DNA from: Atractiella rhizophila | Taxonomy: Eukaryota | DNA: 37,289 bases | Direction: 5' to 3' | Assembly (NCBI GenBank): GCA_021432655.1 | Contig: MU271419.1 | Span: 1 to 37,289, forward strand | Shown: piece after piece, positions 32,501 to 37,289 of the stretch | How the letters are laid out: each line of letters starts with the position of its first letter | Position numbering within the stretch: position 1 is the stretch's first letter | Translations under genes and position numbers: made by a program | Notes under the pieces: generated by a model | Database searches by the model: none | What the model was told of the DNA's origin: nothing | Seen by the model: only the letters and a program-made list of their open reading frames with translations

Positions 32501-35500
32501 ATCGTCGCCTTGGTCATCCTGGAAGGGACAGGCTGGAGAGACTTTTGAAGGAGGATCTGGTGACTGGTTTTGATGTTGTTGGCCCCAAAAAGGTTGATCT
32601 TAAGTTAGAGGATTGTGAGGCTTGTGTCATGGGCAAGATGACGAGGGGGTCCTTCCCTCAAAAGTCTTCTGCTTTAGAGTATCTTCCTGGCGAGTGTATT
32701 TCTACTGATCTCTGTGGTCCTATGGAAGTCCCATCTTTGGGCGGTTCTCTGTACATGGCGACGCACGTTGATTATGGTTCGCGTACTTTCCACGTTGAGT
32801 TCTACTCTGGCAAGCTGGCATCTGAGATCATTTCTTCCTTTAAGTCGTTCAAATCGTGGATCGAACTCAACTCTGGTCGCCGCATTATTCGCTGGAAGGT
32901 TGATGGAGGTGGAGAATTCATGAACGGGCTGCTCAGTCGTTGGATGTTGGATGCAGGGATCAACAAGACTCCTACCACACCCTACTGCTCTCCTGAGAAT
33001 GGGGTTGCGGAACGCGCTCATCGCACAATTGTCACCTCTGCAGTATGTATGCTTCACCACGCAGGTCTTGACAAGAAGTTCTGGTCCTACGCCTGCGCAT
33101 ATGCAGCTCATTTGCACAATCGCCTTCCTTCCAAACCGCTCGATGGTCGTACTCCTCTGGAGGTTTCCACAGGTCGCAAGCCTCCGGTTGATCACTGTCG
33201 CGTTTTCGGTTGCACAGCTTATGCGAAGATACTACATCAATCTGGAAAGTTCTCAGGTCGTGCTCACGAAGGTGTATATCTGGGCCCCGACGTTCAACAC
33301 AAGTCTCACTTTATTTTCGTTCCTCAGTTGCAGCGTGTTTTGCGAGCCCGTCATGTTCTATTCCGTGAAGATCACTTTGCAGGACGGGTACCTGGCGACA
33401 CTCTGCTTTCCTCAAATTTTGTTCCTAACTTCGATCTCTCTCATACATTTCCGCAATCTCTTCCGGAAGAGCCCTCCTTCCCTGATTCGACTGCCCCGGT
33501 TGCAACGGATATATCGCCACCACCTATTCTCGTACCCCCTACAGGCGGTTCTGGTTCGGTGGGAGCAGTGTCTACACCATTGACGGGTGGCTTGTATGCT
33601 CATGGGGATGGTTACTCGGAAGGGGGCGTTCAGCGCGTGATGGCGGATGTAAGACCCACTCAAACGATGAGTTCTAACTCTCCCGTTCATGTGCGGCATG
33701 CTGATACTTCCTCTCTCGTTGCTCCTGTGCCAGTCCGCACTTCAAGAAATGGCCGTACCATCAAGCCTAATCCCCGGTATTTCAACGATAATTATGTTGT
33801 TGACGCTATCCCGTCGACATCGCTGGCCAACTCTGCGGTTGAGGTCGTTGACCTACCCTCTGATATTGCTTATTTCGCCTCTGCTTTGCCCACTCCTGCG
33901 GCTCCACCCTCGTCGTATGCGTTTAGTCTGCAACACCATCTCGACTCTGGATGGACTGATATTCCTGATGATCTTGCTTACCTTCTCTCCTCTGATGTCA
34001 CACCGTCTTCTCCTCCTAGATCTTGGAAGGAGGCCATGTTTGGCCCGCACAAAGAACACTGGCGCGCTCAGATGGAGAAGGAATGGACCCATGGCATGGT
34101 CGGCCAAGGGGTTGTTGGAGAACTTCAGCCGAAGCCTGATGGGGTCAAGGCCATAGGTTGGCAATGGGTCTTCACCATTAAGGATCATTTACAAGGGACT
34201 GGAGAAGAGTTTAAGGCCCGTCTTTGTGTACGTGGCGATCAGCAGCCTTCTTCACCATCGAATGCCTCCAATTACTCCCCTGTTACCAACTGGAACACCA
34301 CTCGGGCGGTCTTAGCCTATGCTGCCAGGGAGAACCTCCATGTTCACCAAGCTGATTATTCGCAGGCCTTCCTTAACTCCCCCCTTGACGATCTCACGGT
34401 TTTCGTCAAACAGCCTCCGGGATTCGTTGTTGAAGGCAGGGAGGACTGGGTTTATCCGCTCAAGAAAGGCGTCTATGGACTGGTCCAGGCTTCTCGTTTA
34501 TGGTATAAGACACTGAAGGCGGACCTACTTTCTAAAGGCTGGCGGGAACTCTGGTCTGATTCCTGTGTCTTCATCAAGGTCATTGATGGGGTTTCTTACA
34601 TTCTAGTTGTTTATGTTGACGACACACTCACGGTTGGACCGGTTGAATCTGCAGTCATTGCCTTGCAGCGGGATCTTGCTTCCACTTTTCGCATGCGCCT
34701 ACTTGGTCCGGCAAAGAACTTCTTAGGGACGCTGATTGAACGGGATTGGTCTAAAGGCACATTGTCTATCTCGCAGTCCTCTTTCATCGTCGACACCATT
34801 CGTCATTTTGGCTACGACCAGGACCAGTTGCCCTCTGCCCGTACCCCCGTGGATGTCAATGAACGCCTGGAGCCTTTCGATGGCTCGTGGTCTGAGGAGG
34901 ATCTTCGCTCGAAACCATCCTGGTCCTTTAACTCCGTTATCGGTTGCTTAGGTTGGCTTGCCACTGCCACACGCCCTGACATTTCCTTTGCGCTCTCGAA
35001 TATTTCTCGATTTCAATCGAATCCTGGTCCCGCCCACTTTCGTGCTGCTGACCGCATTCTACGCTATCTCAAAGGTACTCCTACTCATGGCATAGTCTAC
35101 GACCGCTCCAATCGTCAACCTCTATCCTTCTACTCCGACGCCTCCTTCGCAACACTCCTTCCTAACCTTCGGTCTCAGACGGGTGTTGTTGCCATGTTAG
35201 CAGGTGGACCAATCTCTTGGGTATCTCAAGCTCAGAAACTCGTGGCTGGTTCATCCGGGGAGGCAGAATACAGCGCTGCTCATGTTGCGGTCAAACAAGC
35301 CATTTGGACGCGTGGTTTCTTTCAGGAATTAGGCGCTCTCAACCTGGTCCACAATGTGGATCCTTCTGCCCCTGCTCCCCCGACTACTATCTTTGAAGAT
35401 AACCAAGCGACCATTGCAATCTCTCAAAACGGCTCTCACCAAGCGCAATCGAAGCACTTTCTGCTACGCTACTACATCGTTCGGGATCGGGTCAATCGTC

Positions 35501-35649
35501 ATGAAGTTGTATTGCGTTACATTCGTACAGGCTCCCAGATTGCAGACTGTCTCACCAAGGCCGTCTCCTACGTTCCTCTACGAAAGGCTATGGACGCTCT
35601 GGGAATTCGCGCAATAGGGTCGAAGTTTCTGTGGTCTGGAGGATCATGA
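29502..35649 (+). pseudogene. Copia 2 gag-pol polyprotein, frameshifted by an internal tandem duplication
   Basis: ORF 29502..31433 gives gag plus protease (CDHCKKKGHKKAEC, LDSGCS) and stops just after the duplication junction. The second copy runs in another frame through WHRRLGH, DGGGEF, KARLCVRG, YVDD and IADCLTK to TGA at 35649. Confidence 0.93.
30359..32471 (+). repeat. Tandem duplication, period 1057 bp (30359..31414, A, 31416..32471)
   Basis: Direct comparison shows 6 substitutions between the copies. Confidence 0.97.
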
Positions 35650-35757
35650 TTTGTCTTATCCCGTTTGTTTACCCTTACATTATTTTGGTATTGTTCTTTT
35701 GGTTTCCTTTCGTTGTCATGTCTTGCATATGAGCTCTCACCGTCGTTGGGGTGGGAG

Positions 35758-36027
35758 TGTTGGATTATGATCTTTCACAGGGCTTTCCCAGCTGGTGGTT
35801 GTTGGGCTCTTCACTTCGTTCTAGTTATGTCTTACATCTCATATCCTCCCGCACTTAGCCAACGCCGTCCGCTCATATATATACCTCCTCTTCGTTCACT
35901 GGATTCCCCATCGTCTTCCACCATCGTAAACGATTGGGGAATCCAGGTCTGTCTTCTCCTACATAGTGTTTTGCATTGCTGATCGTCTTCCACCATCGTA
36001 AACGATTGGGGAATCCAGATTCTATCA
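35758..36027 (+). repeat. Copia 2 3' LTR
   Basis: Matches 29099..29368 and is preceded by PPT GGGGTGGGAG. Confidence 0.97.
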
Positions 36028-36032
36028 GGTGA

Positions 36033-36104
36033 CTCCTCACCAACGTTCATGCAATACTGATGATCTTTTCTTCGTTGTCACTCTGATGAACCTCAGGTTC
36101 AACA
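36033..36104 (+). repeat. Copia 1 3' LTR, 3' part
   Basis: Matches 23491..23562 and is followed by TSD CAGAA. Confidence 0.96.
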
Positions 36105-36284
36105 CAGAACTTTGTTTTCTGGGCTTTTAGAAGTACGTAATCTTGTACGTGTTCAAGTAGGCGATGTTTCGTACGTTCGTGAGATATGTACAACGTTTTG
36201 CCTGGCACTTGTGCGTCTTTGGAGTATGGATGTCATGTGATAATATGTGCAGATGGGGTGGGGTACGTCATAGGCAATGATTCA

Positions 36285-36947
36285 TAAGGCTCCCATACGG
36301 GGTGCCCGTGGCCCGTACGGGGAAACGTGCGGGGTTTGAGGTCTAAAAAGTCAACACATCCCCTCCCCTCCCCCCGTAAGCGCTACCCGCGACGGGGACG
36401 AGGAAGGGGACCCTGAGGGAAACAGCTCTCGGGTACACCGAGGGATCAGGCCTATTAGATAATGGTACTTCAGTTTGTCGTCCCTCTGTTGTCTCTTCTC
36501 CTGATTCTTCCCTAGCCTATCCTCCCTCTCTTCCTTTAACATCTTAACCATTTCATGCAGTGGCAGGAGCACGTTAGGATTCATCCCAAAGTCGGAGCTT
36601 CATTTGAGAGTGAAAGGTTACATTTGACACCAAGAGCCACAAATATGATGCATCTGATGCCTTTCCCACTCAAGACGTGATCCATCTAAGAACAGTTTTA
36701 GTATCATTCAATGATTCAGGTTCGTTCGCTTCGGGAGCTTCTTCGAAGGCTTCGCATTGTTCCTAAGATTTAGGGCTTACCGTGGCGGTTGGCCCTCATA
36801 CGTGCCATACATCGGATTAAACCAAACACAGATCCATATCTACAAAAGAGTTTTGAGAATCCTGACCCCATCCCCGTATCCCGTGTAGGCGGTCCCCGTG
36901 ACCCTGCGGAGGGACCCCGCGAGGTGTCAGCCCGTGTGGGAGCCTTA
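36285..36947. mobile_element. Older non-autonomous TIR element, hAT-like (663 bp)
   Basis: TAAGGCTCCCATACGGG at 36285 versus CCCGTGTGGGAGCCTTA ending at 36947 (16/17). CGGGG/CCCCG-rich subterminal regions. GCAATGA occurs on both flanks but is offset by a few nt on the left. Confidence 0.65.
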
Positions 36948-37289
36948 GCAATGAAAGGAGTGGGTGTGAAGGGAGCTAAAAGGAATAGGGGTAACAGTAC
37001 CATTCTCTCACGTTTATTGGCTTCATTGTAAGATGTGTAATGGGTAATAGTAGTAATAGTAAATGATATTTTGGTGCCGCTAACAAATCACTCCCTCCTG
37101 ATTCTCTTCGCACCACTGCACATTCTCTCCTTTCCCTTTGACAACAAGATGCAGCAAATTCTAAACTTCTCATCATTGCAAGTAAGCCATCATCTCCATT
37201 TCCCAATCAAACGTTCACAGTCACTTTTTGCTCTCTCATTATTTCAAAAAGGGGTCCACCCTTCTCGGCCTGAGGATTGCGGGTTGTGT

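Larger units (their letters stand above)
29099..36027 (+). mobile_element. Ty1/copia LTR retrotransposon 2, nested, TSD GGTGA
   Basis: GGTGA at 29094-29098 and 36028-36032. Apparently identical 270-bp LTRs. PBS at 29369-29380 and PPT at 35748-35757. Confidence 0.98.
23328..36104 (+). mobile_element. Ty1/copia LTR retrotransposon 1 (host element), TSD CAGAA, 3' LTR split by copia 2
   Basis: CAGAA at 23323-23327 and 36105-36109. LTRs 23328..23562 and 28936..29098 + 36033..36104 differ at one base by eye. PBS, PPT and gag-PR-IN-RT-RH order all present. Confidence 0.97.

Noticed and set aside
30385..35649. 1754-aa ORF as a genuine protein
   Set aside because: It starts at TTG, and its first ~345 aa are an alternative frame of duplicate copy 1. 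The real gag-pol frame is entered only at the duplication junction.

Overview
Eukaryotic, intron-containing fungal DNA, probably a basidiomycete (short GT-AG introns, a DUF6533-like gene). Bases 1-8 kb hold four host genes: a DUF6533-like membrane protein, an alpha/beta hydrolase, an SRAP/HMCES abasic-site protein and COA8/APOPT1. The remaining ~29 kb is a nested transposon cluster. It contains an old gag relic broken by a solo LTR (TSD CTCTG) and a CAC-ended MITE, a head-to-head LTR foldback, and a degenerate chromodomain Ty3/gypsy element with mismatched LTRs, a probable self-priming PBS, a -1 frameshift signal and an extra spliced antisense gene. It also contains two hAT-type non-autonomous elements and a young Ty1/copia element (TSD CAGAA), whose 3' LTR is interrupted by a second young copia (TSD GGTGA) carrying a 1057-bp internal tandem duplication. 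The most striking observation is that all three unrelated LTR families share one architecture: inverted arm / repeat 1 ending in CAG / GT-intron / repeat 2 ending in CAG. This suggests a convergent way for retrotransposons to keep a spliceable intron through reverse transcription.
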